DNA of 64,000 nt. Origin: Gammaproteobacteria bacterium. GTDB lineage: Bacteria; Pseudomonadota; Gammaproteobacteria; Natronospirales; JAJUFS01. Positions 17,418-26,903 of this stretch are shown here, piece by piece. The translations under genes were made by a program, and so were the position numbers. Location: contig JAWWBT010000001.1 in assembly GCA_033720815.1 (NCBI GenBank), positions 4,168 through 68,167 on the forward strand, given 5' to 3'. The notes beneath the pieces are model-generated. The model was not told where the DNA came from, did not search any database, and was given only the letters and a program-made list of their open reading frames with translations. Position 1 is the stretch's first letter. The number at the start of each line of letters is the position of its first letter.

Positions 17418-18371
17418 TCAATCGACCCGGTTCATCCTGTTGCCTGCGCGGAACTCACGGATGCACTCGGCCATCTGGCCGACCGCGCGCTGGCGCGCCT
17501 CGACACCCGCCCACGCAATGTGCGGCGTGATCACCAGGTTCGGGATGTCGCCATCGAGAAGAGGATTGCCATCAACCGGTGGTTCCTGCGAGAGCACGTC
17601 CACCCCCGCGCCGGCAATATCACCATTGCGCAACGCATCCGCCAGCGCCTGTTCGTCGACAACTGCGCCGCGCGCAGTATTGATCAAAAGGGCGGACTTC
17701 TTCATCTGCTTAAGGATGTTTGCATTGATGAGATGACGCGTGTCCGCGTTGAGCGGGCAATGCAGCGACAGCACGTCGGATTCCTTGATGACCTTCTCGA
17801 AGCTGACGCGACCATGGCGCGGGTCACGCCCGGCCCGCTCGGCAACGATCACGTCCATGCCGAACGCAGCAGCGATATTGGCAACGGCGTGACCCAGTTC
17901 GCCGTAGCCGATGATGCCCATGGTGCGGCCAGCCAGTTCATGGATGGGAAAATCCAGCATGGTGAAATTCGGCGCGCGCTTCCATGCGCCACTCGAGAGC
18001 AGCTCACGATAATCATCAAGTCGCTGATTCAGCGTCAGCAACAAGGCGAATACATGCTGTGCCACGGAGGGCGTGGAGTAGGCGCGAATATTCGTTACGC
18101 CAACATTCAGCTCGCGAGCTGCATCAAGGTCCACATTGTCGAACCCCGTAGCTGCCAGCGTGACCAGTCTCAGGTCGGGCGCTGCTTCCATCACATCTCG
18201 CGTGATGCGGCACTTGTTGGTGAGGATGACGTTGGCGTCCTTCACCCTCGCGGCGATGTCTTCCGGTGCGGTTGCATCGTGGCAATCGAATTCATCGAGG
18301 GCGCTGCCGAGTGGGGCAGGATCGACATCATTGTGGCTGACAGTCGAGAAATCGAGGAAGACGCCTTTCAC
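17418..18371 (-). CDS. D-isomer-specific 2-hydroxyacid dehydrogenase (glycerate/hydroxypyruvate reductase-like)
   Basis: Trimmed to the GTG at 18371, preceded by GGAGG (5-nt spacer). Motifs: GIIGYGELGHAV (GxGxxG), NTARG, ITPHIAW (catalytic His). Confidence 0.8.
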   Translation of the reverse strand: MKGVFLDFSTVSHNDVDPAPLGSALDEFDCHDATAPEDIAARVKDANVILTNKCRITRDVMEAAPDLRLVTLAATGFDNVDLDAARELNVGVTNIRAYSTPSVAQHVFALLLTLNQRLDDYRELLSSGAWKRAPNFTMLDFPIHELAGRTMGIIGYGELGHAVANIAAAFGMDVIVAERAGRDPRHGRVSFEKVIKESDVLSLHCPLNADTRHLINANILKQMKKSALLINTARGAVVDEQALADALRNGDIAGAGVDVLSQEPPVDGNPLLDGDIPNLVITPHIAWAGVEARQRAVGQMAECIREFRAGNRMNRVD

Positions 18372-18396
18372 ACAAGCCTCCAAAGCGGACGGGGAT

Positions 18397-18873
18397 TCAG
18401 AGCAGCCTACCTTGCGGCATGGCGCGCTCGATTTCCAGCAAGCGTTGCTTGATTTCGAGACCACCGGAATATCCGCCGAGGGATCCGTCGGCGGCAATCA
18501 CGCGATGACAGGGAATGATGACCGGGATAGGGTTGGCGCCGTTCGCGCTACCAACGGCACGCGAGGCTGCCGGATCGCCAATGGCCTCTGCCAGTTGCTT
18601 GTAGCTGCGCGTCTCGCCAAAGGGAATTTCCTGCAGCGCGGTCCAGACGCGTTTCTGGAATTCACTTCCACTCGCCAACAACGGCAGGTCGAAGCTGTTG
18701 CGCTCGCCCGAAAAATACTGCTGCAACTGCATTGCGGCAGTTGCGAGCAGGCTCATCGAGTCATCGCGCTGTGAATCATCGAGTGCACCATTGAAGTGCA
18801 AGGCAATGATCGATTCGCCGTCGCTTTCCACCTGCAGGCGACCGATTGGTGTTTCCAGCTGGGTCCAGGCCAC
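18397..18873 (-). CDS. ogt: Methylated-DNA--protein-cysteine methyltransferase
   Basis: Trimmed to the GTG at 18873 (AGGAG 7 nt upstream). Active site IPCHRVI and the RAVGSANGANP helix. Confidence 0.85.
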   Translation of the reverse strand: MAWTQLETPIGRLQVESDGESIIALHFNGALDDSQRDDSMSLLATAAMQLQQYFSGERNSFDLPLLASGSEFQKRVWTALQEIPFGETRSYKQLAEAIGDPAASRAVGSANGANPIPVIIPCHRVIAADGSLGGYSGGLEIKQRLLEIERAMPQGRLL

Positions 18874-18978
18874 TTTGCTACTCCTGTCACAGGGTTCGCC
18901 GATTCTGCCCCTCGCGCGCGGATTGCGCCAGTTCTGGTAGTCTCGATCACAGCACTCTTTTCCAGAGGGGATATCGTC

Positions 18979-20250
18979 ATGAAACGCCTTGCCAGTATTG
19001 CCTGCCTTCTTTTCGCACTGCCGGCACTTGCCGCGCCGCTGGATGACAGCGAGATGCAGGACATCATCGAGCTGCGTCACTGGCTGCACCAGAACCCGGA
19101 ACTCAGTAACCAGGAGTTCGACACGGCCGAGCGCGTGGCGAAGGAACTTCGCGCATTGGGCTACGAAGTGCACACGGAAATCGCCATCACCGGGGTCGTC
19201 GGCATTCTCGATACCGGTCGGGACGGCCCGACGGTTGCCGTCCGCGCTGACATGGATGCCCTGCCGGTCGAGGACCGCTCCGGCCTGCCGTTTGCATCAA
19301 CCGCGACGAGTACCTACCAGGGGAATGAGGTGCCGGTGACGCATGCCTGCGGCCATGACATCCACGTGTCAGTCGGCATGGGCACTGCGGCAGCCATCAT
19401 GAAACGCAAGGATGAGCTCCGCGGCAAGGTGATGTTCGTCTTCCAGCCCGCGGAAGAAGGCACACCGCCTGGAGTTAAGGGCGGCGCAAGTTACATGCTC
19501 GAAGAAGGCGTCTTCGACATCGCGAAGCCCGATGCGATTTTCGCACTGCATTCGCAACCGGATCTGAACGTTGGCGAAGTCGGTTACAAGGCCGGCCCGT
19601 CGTTCGCGTCTTCCGACCAGTTCGTGGTGAACATCCAGGGCAAGCAGGCACATGGCGCCTGGCCGCACCGTGCCAGGGACCCGATCGTGATGGCGGCGGA
19701 AGCGATCAGTGCGATCCAGACGATTCGTTCACGCAACATCGATCCGCAGAAACCTGCAGTGGTAAGTGTCGGCATCGTGAAGGGTGGTAGCCGTTACAAC
19801 ATCATTCCGGATTCCATCGAGCTCCAGGGCACGGTGCGCGCCTATGATGTCGCGATCCAGGACCTGGTCGAGCAGCGCCTGCATGACATCCTCGGCGGTA
19901 TCACTGGCATGCATGACGGCTCCTACGAAATGCAGTACAAGCGGCATACGCCCGCTACGGTGAACCATGACGCATTGACAGCCTGGGCCGGGAAGTCACT
20001 GGAAAATTCACTCGGTGAAGAAGACGCGCAGCATTTCCCGGCCGTGATGGGCGCGGAGGATTTCGCATATTTTGCCAACGAGGTGCCAGGCTTCTATTTC
20101 TGGCTTGGCGTCACGCCGGAAGGCGAAACCAACAGCGCCCTGCACACCCCGACCATGCGCGCGGACGATTCCGCCATCCCGGTCGGTGTTACCGCAATGA
20201 CCGGCCTCGTCACCGATTTCCTCGCAAACCCGCCCGAACTTGACGAGTGA
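18979..20250 (+). CDS. Secreted M20-family amidohydrolase (hippurate-hydrolase/aminoacylase-like)
   Basis: Trimmed to the ATG at 18979 (MKRLASIACLLFALPALAAP signal peptide). Metal-ligand motifs ACGHDIH, ADMDALPV, QPAEEG. Confidence 0.8.
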   Translation: MKRLASIACLLFALPALAAPLDDSEMQDIIELRHWLHQNPELSNQEFDTAERVAKELRALGYEVHTEIAITGVVGILDTGRDGPTVAVRADMDALPVEDRSGLPFASTATSTYQGNEVPVTHACGHDIHVSVGMGTAAAIMKRKDELRGKVMFVFQPAEEGTPPGVKGGASYMLEEGVFDIAKPDAIFALHSQPDLNVGEVGYKAGPSFASSDQFVVNIQGKQAHGAWPHRARDPIVMAAEAISAIQTIRSRNIDPQKPAVVSVGIVKGGSRYNIIPDSIELQGTVRAYDVAIQDLVEQRLHDILGGITGMHDGSYEMQYKRHTPATVNHDALTAWAGKSLENSLGEEDAQHFPAVMGAEDFAYFANEVPGFYFWLGVTPEGETNSALHTPTMRADDSAIPVGVTAMTGLVTDFLANPPELDE

Positions 20251-20270
20251 GGCCAGGACCATGTTCAGGG

Positions 20271-20300
20271 AAAAGCCCGCCAAACGGCGGGCTTTTTATT
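20271..20300 (+). terminator. Rho-independent terminator (bidirectional-looking)
   Basis: AAAAGCCCGCC-aaac-GGCGGGCTTTTTATT, 21 nt after the M20 stop codon. Confidence 0.8.
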
Positions 20301-20392
20301 GTCGCCTGGTACACCTCATTGACAATTCCCGGACGCAATCCATATTTCATCCACGGCCAGCACGGGCCGATAACAGACCATGGGGCAACAAC

Positions 20393-20779
20393 ATGAACGG
20401 GATGGAACGGGTGTGGATTGCGCCAGCCTTCATCTGGCTGGCAACGCTGTATTTCGTGATTGGTGTACTGATGGGGAATGGCATGTCGATGGCGCACAAC
20501 TACCAGCTGATGCCCTCACATGCGCACATCAACCTGCTCGGCTGGGTTTCGCTGGCGTTGTTCGGCTGCATCTACAAGGCATGGCCGGCACTCTCGACCG
20601 GCCGCCTCGCTTCCCTGCATTTCTGGACCTACAACCTGGCGTTACCGCCAATGATGCTGTTCCTGATCATGTATCGGCTTGGCAATGCAGGCATCGAACC
20701 GGCGTTGGCCGCAACATCATTGCTGGCAACGCTTGGAACAGGCTTGTTTGCGATCAACGTTTTCCAAAACGTCCGCTAG
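20393..20779 (+). CDS. Small 4-TM membrane protein with an H-x-H motif (heme-copper-oxidase-subunit-I-like fragment family), function unknown
   Basis: Trimmed to the ATG at 20393 (an alternative lies at 20402). The 128-aa product has four hydrophobic segments and PSHAHINLLGW. Its GC looks lower than that of the neighbouring genes. Confidence 0.6.
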   Translation: MNGMERVWIAPAFIWLATLYFVIGVLMGNGMSMAHNYQLMPSHAHINLLGWVSLALFGCIYKAWPALSTGRLASLHFWTYNLALPPMMLFLIMYRLGNAGIEPALAATSLLATLGTGLFAINVFQNVR

Positions 20780-20795
20780 ACAGGCCTGCTACAGG

Positions 20796-20821
20796 AAAGC
20801 CCGCCTCGAGGCGGGCTTTTT
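20796..20821. terminator. Bidirectional rho-independent terminator between convergent genes
   Basis: AAAGCCCGCC-tcga-GGCGGGCTTTTT. The stem is identical to that of the hairpin at 20271-20300. Confidence 0.8.
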
Positions 20822-20831
20822 CATTCGTGGC

Positions 20832-21488
20832 TCAATCGAGCTCCGCGAAAGCGCGCACGGGAAACGTTCCCATCCCTTCGATACGTGGTGGTACTGCCGT
20901 GAAGCGAAAATCCTTTCGCGGCAGGCGATCCAGGCGGCACAGGTGCTCGACCACAGGAATGCCCGCTCCCAGTAGCGTGGTATGGACCGGACGACGTTGC
21001 GTGGTGGTGTCATCGATGTTCAGCGAGTCGATACCCACCAGGCATGCACCCGCAGCAGCCAGCATAGCGGCCGTTTCTTCAGCCAGGCAGGGATTGGCTT
21101 CCTGGTACTTTGGCGTACCCCAGTGACGACTCCAGTCGGTGCGAAACAGGATGGCATGATCGGCAATCTCGATTCCTTCCAGCACGTCAGGCTCTATGAC
21201 CCGCGCGGCGCCCCGGGCATCGACACAGATTCCGGGCAGGTTCGCGATGGAAGCCAGTGACAGGCCGGCGATGTCAGTGCCGCCGTCGAAACGATGATAG
21301 GGAGAATCGAGATAGGTCCCCGTATTGGCCACCATGTCGAGACGCGCGATATGGAATGTACTGCCATCGTCATACTGCGCGGCTGTGGATTCACGGGTCC
21401 AGAAATCGCAGACCTTCGGTCCCGGTAGGCCGGGGTAGGTTTCCATGCCATCGGTAATTACGTGGTTCAGGTCGATCAGCCGGCTCAT
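20832..21488 (-). CDS. Cyclase-family protein (kynurenine/aryl-formamidase-like fold)
   Basis: Track ORF of 218 aa. NTGTYLDSPYH resembles the HxGTHxDxPxH cyclase motif, with the first His positions altered. Its start overlaps the mgtC-family stop. Confidence 0.7.
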   Translation of the reverse strand: MSRLIDLNHVITDGMETYPGLPGPKVCDFWTRESTAAQYDDGSTFHIARLDMVANTGTYLDSPYHRFDGGTDIAGLSLASIANLPGICVDARGAARVIEPDVLEGIEIADHAILFRTDWSRHWGTPKYQEANPCLAEETAAMLAAAGACLVGIDSLNIDDTTTQRRPVHTTLLGAGIPVVEHLCRLDRLPRKDFRFTAVPPRIEGMGTFPVRAFAELD

Positions 21489-21979
21489 TTCACTCCCTCC
21501 CCCTTGCTGTCGGAGTGCTCACTCGCCGGAGGCTTGTGTGCGCCACGGGCAAACGCGTTAACACTCGCTTCAAGCACATCCATTATCCAGAGCACCAGCA
21601 CGGTCACGATAGACAACGCTATGGCTCCAAGGTAGAAACCGAAGCCGATCGTTGCACCGATAGCGGCCAGGGCCCACACCACTGCAGCCGTCGTCACTCC
21701 GATTACGGTCCCTTCCCGCGAAATGATCACGCCGGCACCCAGGAACCCGACACCGGTGACGACCTGGCCAAGGACGCGCGTCGCATCCGAGCCGATTTCC
21801 CCACTACTCAGCGCACCAAGATGGATGAAGATCGTCGTACTGAGGCAGATGAGAATACTGGTACGAATGCCTGCAGGCTTGCCGCGCAACTGCCTTTCAA
21901 GGCCGATGATGCCGCCACAGGAAATGGCCATGCCGACAGTCATCCAGAACGGCAAGGAAAACGGATCGAAATAATTCAT
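21485..21979 (-). CDS. MgtC/SapB family membrane protein
   Basis: Track ORF of 164 aa with GGIIGLERQLRGKPAGIRT, characteristic of the MgtC family. Confidence 0.8.
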   Translation of the reverse strand: MNYFDPFSLPFWMTVGMAISCGGIIGLERQLRGKPAGIRTSILICLSTTIFIHLGALSSGEIGSDATRVLGQVVTGVGFLGAGVIISREGTVIGVTTAAVVWALAAIGATIGFGFYLGAIALSIVTVLVLWIMDVLEASVNAFARGAHKPPASEHSDSKGEGVK

Positions 21980-22014
21980 GTCGCCCTCCCAGGCTTCAGC
22001 AACCCCGCAACGAC

Positions 22015-24714
22015 CTAGCCGGTATTCTGCAGGCCCTGCGATATTCCATTCACACTTGCGAACAGCGCATTCAGCAATTCGTCATCCTTGCCATCGCTGG
22101 CGCGCCACTGTTTCAGCAGTTCGACCTGCATCAGGCTCATCGGATCCACGTACGGATTGCGCAGGCGAATGCTGCGCTCCAGTGCCGGATCATCCGAAAG
22201 CAGTTCACCATCATGGCTCAGGCCACGCAGCTCACCAATCAGGCGAGCGTGCTCGTCGCGGATCTTCTGCGCAAGCTCACCGTACTCGGGCGCCAGCGCG
22301 AAATACTTCTCGGTAATGGCCAGGTCCGATTTCGCCAGCACCATTTCGACATCGTCCAGCAGGTTGGCAAAGAATGGCCACGCACGCGCCATGTGCTGCA
22401 TGAACTCATCGCCAAAATTCTCGCGCGCGGCGGCAAGCCCTGAACCCAACCCGTACCAGGCCGGCAAAAGGCAACGATTCTGCGTCCAGGCAAAGACCCA
22501 GGGGATCGCGCGCAGGTCGGAAATGCCCTTGCCGGCACGTCGGGACGCAGGGCGCGAACCGATCTTCATGTTCTCGATGACATCGATCGGCGTCACCGTC
22601 CGGAAGAACGGGTAGAAGCGTTCGTCATCGTGTACCAGCGACTGGAACGTCTCGCGCGATGTGGCTGCGACGACATCCATTGCCTGCGACCAGTCGGTTT
22701 CTTCTTCATGCGAGGGCGGCGGGTTGAGATCGGCAATCAGCATCGAACCGGCCATCTGCTCCAGCGTACGAAGGGCAATACCACGCAGGCCGTACTTCGC
22801 GTTGATGATCTCGCCCTGCTCGGTAATCCGCAGGCGGCCATTCACCGTTCCCGGTGGCGATGCCACCACTGCACGATGCACGCGACCACCTCCACGACTG
22901 ACGGTACCGCCTCGTCCATGGAAAAAGGTCAGCGTCACGCCGTATTCACCGGCCAGGGCGGCAAGCTCGGACTGCGCCTGCTGCAGGGCCCAGCGGGAAG
23001 CGGCAACGCCGCCGTCCTTCGAAGAATCCGAGTAACCGAGCATCACGCGCTGCGCCTTGCCGCGTTGCTCGAGGTGCTCGGCGTAGACGGGATCTTCGAA
23101 AAGCTGCTGCATCACGTTGCGAGCACGCTTGAGGTCGTCAACCGTTTCTAACAGCGGCACGATATCCAGCGGCACATGCCCGTCCTCGAGCAAGCCACCC
23201 CATCGCGCCAGCTGCATTACGCCAAGCACATCGTCGGCACCTTCAGCCATGCTGATGATCACGTCACCGATCGCCGCCCTGCCGAATCGCTGGCGACACT
23301 CATGGATGGTGCTGAAGACGCGCAGGGTCGAGGCCGTTTCATCGTCCGCCTTGCCGGCCGGCTTGCCGCCATCGGACCACGCTTCGCGAATGCGCGCCGC
23401 ACGGCGTGACGGGTCCAGCTCCAGCCAACCCTCCTCGTTCAGCAGGTTGGCAATACTGCGGCGGAACACCAGGCTGTCCTGGCGAATATCCAGTGCAGCC
23501 AGGTGGAAACCGAAAACGCCCACGCGACGCAGCAGGCGACGTAACGGGTGCGCGCCGGCATGTTCGCCACGGTGACGCAGGAGGCTGTCGAGAACCAGTT
23601 GCAGGTCAGCCGCAAACTCGTCCGCGTCGCGGTAGCGACCTGGACGATCCTTTTCGGTTGCGCGCAGGCGCGCATCCATCAGGCGCAACAGCACGCGATA
23701 CGGCATGTTGCGATGGCGGTGGTTGATCGATTCAAGCTCGACCGGATGCTCCGCCGAATACACGCGAATCCTTTCCTCGATAGCCGGATCAATGCCGATG
23801 CGCGATGTCGACTGGCTCAACACCTTGTAGAGGTCGCGCAGTTCCTGCTTGTAGCGATGGATGACGGCAGCCCGGTGCGCGACCAGTGAATCCTTCAAAG
23901 TGTCGGCGTTGACGTTTGGATTGCCATCCATGTCGCCGCCAACCCATGAACCGAAATGCAGCGCTTCGCTGGCATCGACCTCGACACCCAGGGCCGCGGA
24001 TTCCTGCTCGATGGTTTCGATGAATACGGGCGCCACGCGATAGATGATGTCGCTGAGGTAGAAGAGCAGGTTCTCTCGCTCGTTGGCTACCGTCATGCGC
24101 GACACCGGGTTTTCCTCGGTCTGCCATGCCGTGGTAACCGCCTGCCGGATCAGCGCGGTATTCGCCTCTTCCTCGCGCGGCGTCATGTTTTCCGAAAAGC
24201 GACGGACCAGCAGGCGCGAAACCTGCTGCTGTTTCTGTAACAGGGTGCGGCGCATTGCCTCGGTCGGGTGCGCGGTAAATACAGGCTCGATCACCATCCG
24301 CGAAATCTCGCGCGCCAGTTGCTCGGTTTGGACACCCGCGTCGCGCAGGCGGGAAAGGCTGTCGGCATAGGATTCCGGCTGTGGCCCGGTTTCCCGCTCG
24401 TATTCACGGCGCCGGCGAATGCGATGCACGCGTTCGGCCAGGTTCACCATCTGGAAATACGTCGAAAAGGCACGCACAAGTTCACGGGCTTCGAAGGCCG
24501 GCAGGTTTGCGAGCAGCTCATCCAGCTCGACATCGGCATCGGCATCGCCACCGCGGCGGCGAATGGCCGCCTGGCGGGCGCGCTCGACCTGCTCGAAGAA
24601 TTCGTCACCGCCCTGCTCGCGCAGGACGTCACCGACCAGCGAACCCAGTAGCCCGACGTCATCGCGCAGGGGCTGGTCCTTTTCGCGGAATTCGATGTCT
24701 TCGCGGTTGAGCAT
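22015..24714 (-). CDS. ppc: Phosphoenolpyruvate carboxylase
   Basis: Track ORF of 899 aa with VFTAHPTEA, GYSDSSKDGG and a C-terminal ...GLQNTG. Confidence 0.95.
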   Translation of the reverse strand: MLNREDIEFREKDQPLRDDVGLLGSLVGDVLREQGGDEFFEQVERARQAAIRRRGGDADADVELDELLANLPAFEARELVRAFSTYFQMVNLAERVHRIRRRREYERETGPQPESYADSLSRLRDAGVQTEQLAREISRMVIEPVFTAHPTEAMRRTLLQKQQQVSRLLVRRFSENMTPREEEANTALIRQAVTTAWQTEENPVSRMTVANERENLLFYLSDIIYRVAPVFIETIEQESAALGVEVDASEALHFGSWVGGDMDGNPNVNADTLKDSLVAHRAAVIHRYKQELRDLYKVLSQSTSRIGIDPAIEERIRVYSAEHPVELESINHRHRNMPYRVLLRLMDARLRATEKDRPGRYRDADEFAADLQLVLDSLLRHRGEHAGAHPLRRLLRRVGVFGFHLAALDIRQDSLVFRRSIANLLNEEGWLELDPSRRAARIREAWSDGGKPAGKADDETASTLRVFSTIHECRQRFGRAAIGDVIISMAEGADDVLGVMQLARWGGLLEDGHVPLDIVPLLETVDDLKRARNVMQQLFEDPVYAEHLEQRGKAQRVMLGYSDSSKDGGVAASRWALQQAQSELAALAGEYGVTLTFFHGRGGTVSRGGGRVHRAVVASPPGTVNGRLRITEQGEIINAKYGLRGIALRTLEQMAGSMLIADLNPPPSHEEETDWSQAMDVVAATSRETFQSLVHDDERFYPFFRTVTPIDVIENMKIGSRPASRRAGKGISDLRAIPWVFAWTQNRCLLPAWYGLGSGLAAARENFGDEFMQHMARAWPFFANLLDDVEMVLAKSDLAITEKYFALAPEYGELAQKIRDEHARLIGELRGLSHDGELLSDDPALERSIRLRNPYVDPMSLMQVELLKQWRASDGKDDELLNALFASVNGISQGLQNTG

Positions 24715-24718
24715 CAGG

Positions 24719-25807
24719 TCACCTGTCCTGGTAAGGCATTTTCGGGTGGCGCGCCTGCCATTCGCGCATGCCGAATATCGCCAGCGTGACGAAGGTCAAC
24801 GGTATGGCGAAGAAGATCAGCGCATCGGCATAGGTTTCGGTCACTGCACTACCCGTTGCCGACAGCAGCAACCAGGTCACGTACACGACATAGTAGGCAA
24901 GAAACAGCGCGCCTTCCCATCGAGATATGAGGTTACCGGTAAAGAAGATCGGCAGGCAGGCGACAGCTACGGCAATCATGATCGGGAAATCGAATTCCTG
25001 CACGGCTTCGCGCACGGCGATCCCGCCCGGCGCGATGAGCGAGGCGAGGCCGAGGACGGCCATGATGTTGAACAGGTTGCTGCCGACGACGTTGCCGACG
25101 GCAATATCACGCTCGCCACGCAGCGCGGCCATTACGGACGTTGCGACCTCCGGCAGCGAAGTCCCCGCGGCAATGATGGTCAGGCCGATGACAAGCTCGG
25201 ACACACCGAAGGAACGTGCAATGGCAACGGCCGATTCGACCAGCCAACCGGCGCCTGCAACCAGCAGGCCAAGGCCAGCGCCAATCAAGAGGACCTGCAC
25301 GACCCAGCTCTCGGGTTTCACGTCGTCTTCGGCGCCGTCGTCGTCACCTGGCATTTCCTGCCGCCCCTTGATGATCAGGAACAGGGTATAGGCCACGGCA
25401 ATCGCCAATAGCACCATGCCGTCTACACGCCCCAGGGCATCATCCAGCGAGAACAGCCAGGCGAGCACGCAGACCCCGATCATCAGCGGCACGTCCAGCC
25501 GGACGAGTTGCTGCTGCACCAGCAGGGGGGTGATCAATGCCGACAGGCCGAGGATCACGAGCACGTTGAAGATATTGCTGCCGATGACATTACCCAGCGC
25601 AATGTCGCCCTGCCCGGCCAGGCTCGCATCAATGCTGACAGCAATTTCAGGAGAGCTGGTACCCAGTGCAACAACGGTAAGGCCGATGACCAGCGAGGAA
25701 ATCCCGAAGCGAGCTGCCAGCCGGCTCGCACCGCGCACCAGCAGTTCGGCACCGACCAGCAGCGCAGCCAGGCCGAGCAGCAACCACAGCAAGGTGGCAA
25801 GACTCAT
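24719..25807 (-). CDS. yrbG: Ca2+/Na+ antiporter (CaCA family, YrbG-like)
   Basis: Track ORF of 362 aa with two alpha-repeat motifs (GTSSPEIAVS and GTSLPEVATS) and about 10 TM segments. Its start overlaps the upstream stop (ATGA). Confidence 0.8.
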   Translation of the reverse strand: MSLATLLWLLLGLAALLVGAELLVRGASRLAARFGISSLVIGLTVVALGTSSPEIAVSIDASLAGQGDIALGNVIGSNIFNVLVILGLSALITPLLVQQQLVRLDVPLMIGVCVLAWLFSLDDALGRVDGMVLLAIAVAYTLFLIIKGRQEMPGDDDGAEDDVKPESWVVQVLLIGAGLGLLVAGAGWLVESAVAIARSFGVSELVIGLTIIAAGTSLPEVATSVMAALRGERDIAVGNVVGSNLFNIMAVLGLASLIAPGGIAVREAVQEFDFPIMIAVAVACLPIFFTGNLISRWEGALFLAYYVVYVTWLLLSATGSAVTETYADALIFFAIPLTFVTLAIFGMREWQARHPKMPYQDR

Positions 25808-26805
25808 TCAGAACCTCCCTCAAGTACATACTGGAAGACCAGCGGCGCGACGATGGTCGCATCCGATTCGATGATGAACTTCGGTGTATCCGGAGCGAGC
25901 TTGCCCCAGGTAATCTTTTCGTTCGGCACCGCTCCGGAATACGAACCGTAACTCGTTGTGGAATCACTGACCTGGCAGAAGTACGACCACAGCGGCGTGC
26001 GCCGGTCGAGATCCTGTTCCAGCATCGGTACCACGCAGATCGGGAAATCGCCGGCGATTCCACCGCCGACCTGGAAGAAGCCGATACCGGAATCCTGCGC
26101 GGTCTCGGTGTACCAGTCGGCGAGCATGATCATGTACTCGATACCGGACTTCACCGTGTGCACGTTCTTGATGTCGCCATTGATGCAATGCGCGGCAAAG
26201 ACGTTGCCAAGCGTCGAGTCTTCCCAACCCGGCACGATGATCGGCAGGTTCTTTTCCGCCGCTGCAACCATCCAGGAATCACGCGGGTCGACCTGGTAAT
26301 ACTGTTCCAGCACACCGGAGCGGATCAGCTTGTACAGGAACTCGTGCGGGAAGAAGCGTTCGCCATCGGCCTCGGCCTTCTGCCACTCGGCGAGGATGTG
26401 ATCCTCGATACGACGGATCGCCTCGCCCTCAGGGATACAGGTATCGGTCACGCGGTTGAGATGCCGATCAAGCAGGTCCTGCTCGTCGGCCGGCGTCAGC
26501 TCGCGCCAGTTCGGCACGCGCTCGTAATGGTCGTGCGCGACGAGGTTGAAGATATCCTCTTCAAGGTTCGCGCCAGTGCAACTGATGGCATGCACCTTCC
26601 CCTGCCGGATCATTTCCGCCAGCGAAATACCCAGCTCGGCCGTCGACATCGCACCGGCGAGCGTGACAAGCATGCGATCACCGCGCTCCAGCAGCCTGAT
26701 CCAGCCTTCGGCGGCATCGACCAGGCTGGCCGCGTTGAAATGGCGGTAATGGTGCTTGAGGAAGGCGGCAATGCCTTGCTTGCCCGGGCTCATTCTCTGG
26801 GTCAT
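25804..26805 (-). CDS. Deoxyhypusine-synthase-like protein
   Basis: Track ORF of 333 aa. LVTLAGAMSTAELG...HAISCTGANLEEDIF...GGGIAGDF resembles the DHS / homospermidine-synthase-like family. AGGAG lies 5 nt upstream. Confidence 0.75.
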   Translation of the reverse strand: MTQRMSPGKQGIAAFLKHHYRHFNAASLVDAAEGWIRLLERGDRMLVTLAGAMSTAELGISLAEMIRQGKVHAISCTGANLEEDIFNLVAHDHYERVPNWRELTPADEQDLLDRHLNRVTDTCIPEGEAIRRIEDHILAEWQKAEADGERFFPHEFLYKLIRSGVLEQYYQVDPRDSWMVAAAEKNLPIIVPGWEDSTLGNVFAAHCINGDIKNVHTVKSGIEYMIMLADWYTETAQDSGIGFFQVGGGIAGDFPICVVPMLEQDLDRRTPLWSYFCQVSDSTTSYGSYSGAVPNEKITWGKLAPDTPKFIIESDATIVAPLVFQYVLEGGSE

Positions 26806-26903
26806 TTCATCTCCTGGTCAGGAAAAAGTCGGCGAAGTTTACGCGCGAAAACGGCTTGCACAAGCATTTTTTCGCACGGCCACGTGTCCGCTGGAAACCT
26901 GCT

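Noticed and set aside
24531-24550. Short tandem CATCGG/GCATCG repetition.
   Set aside because: It lies inside ppc, encodes an Asp/Ala-rich stretch (GDADADV) and is too short to count as a repeat element.
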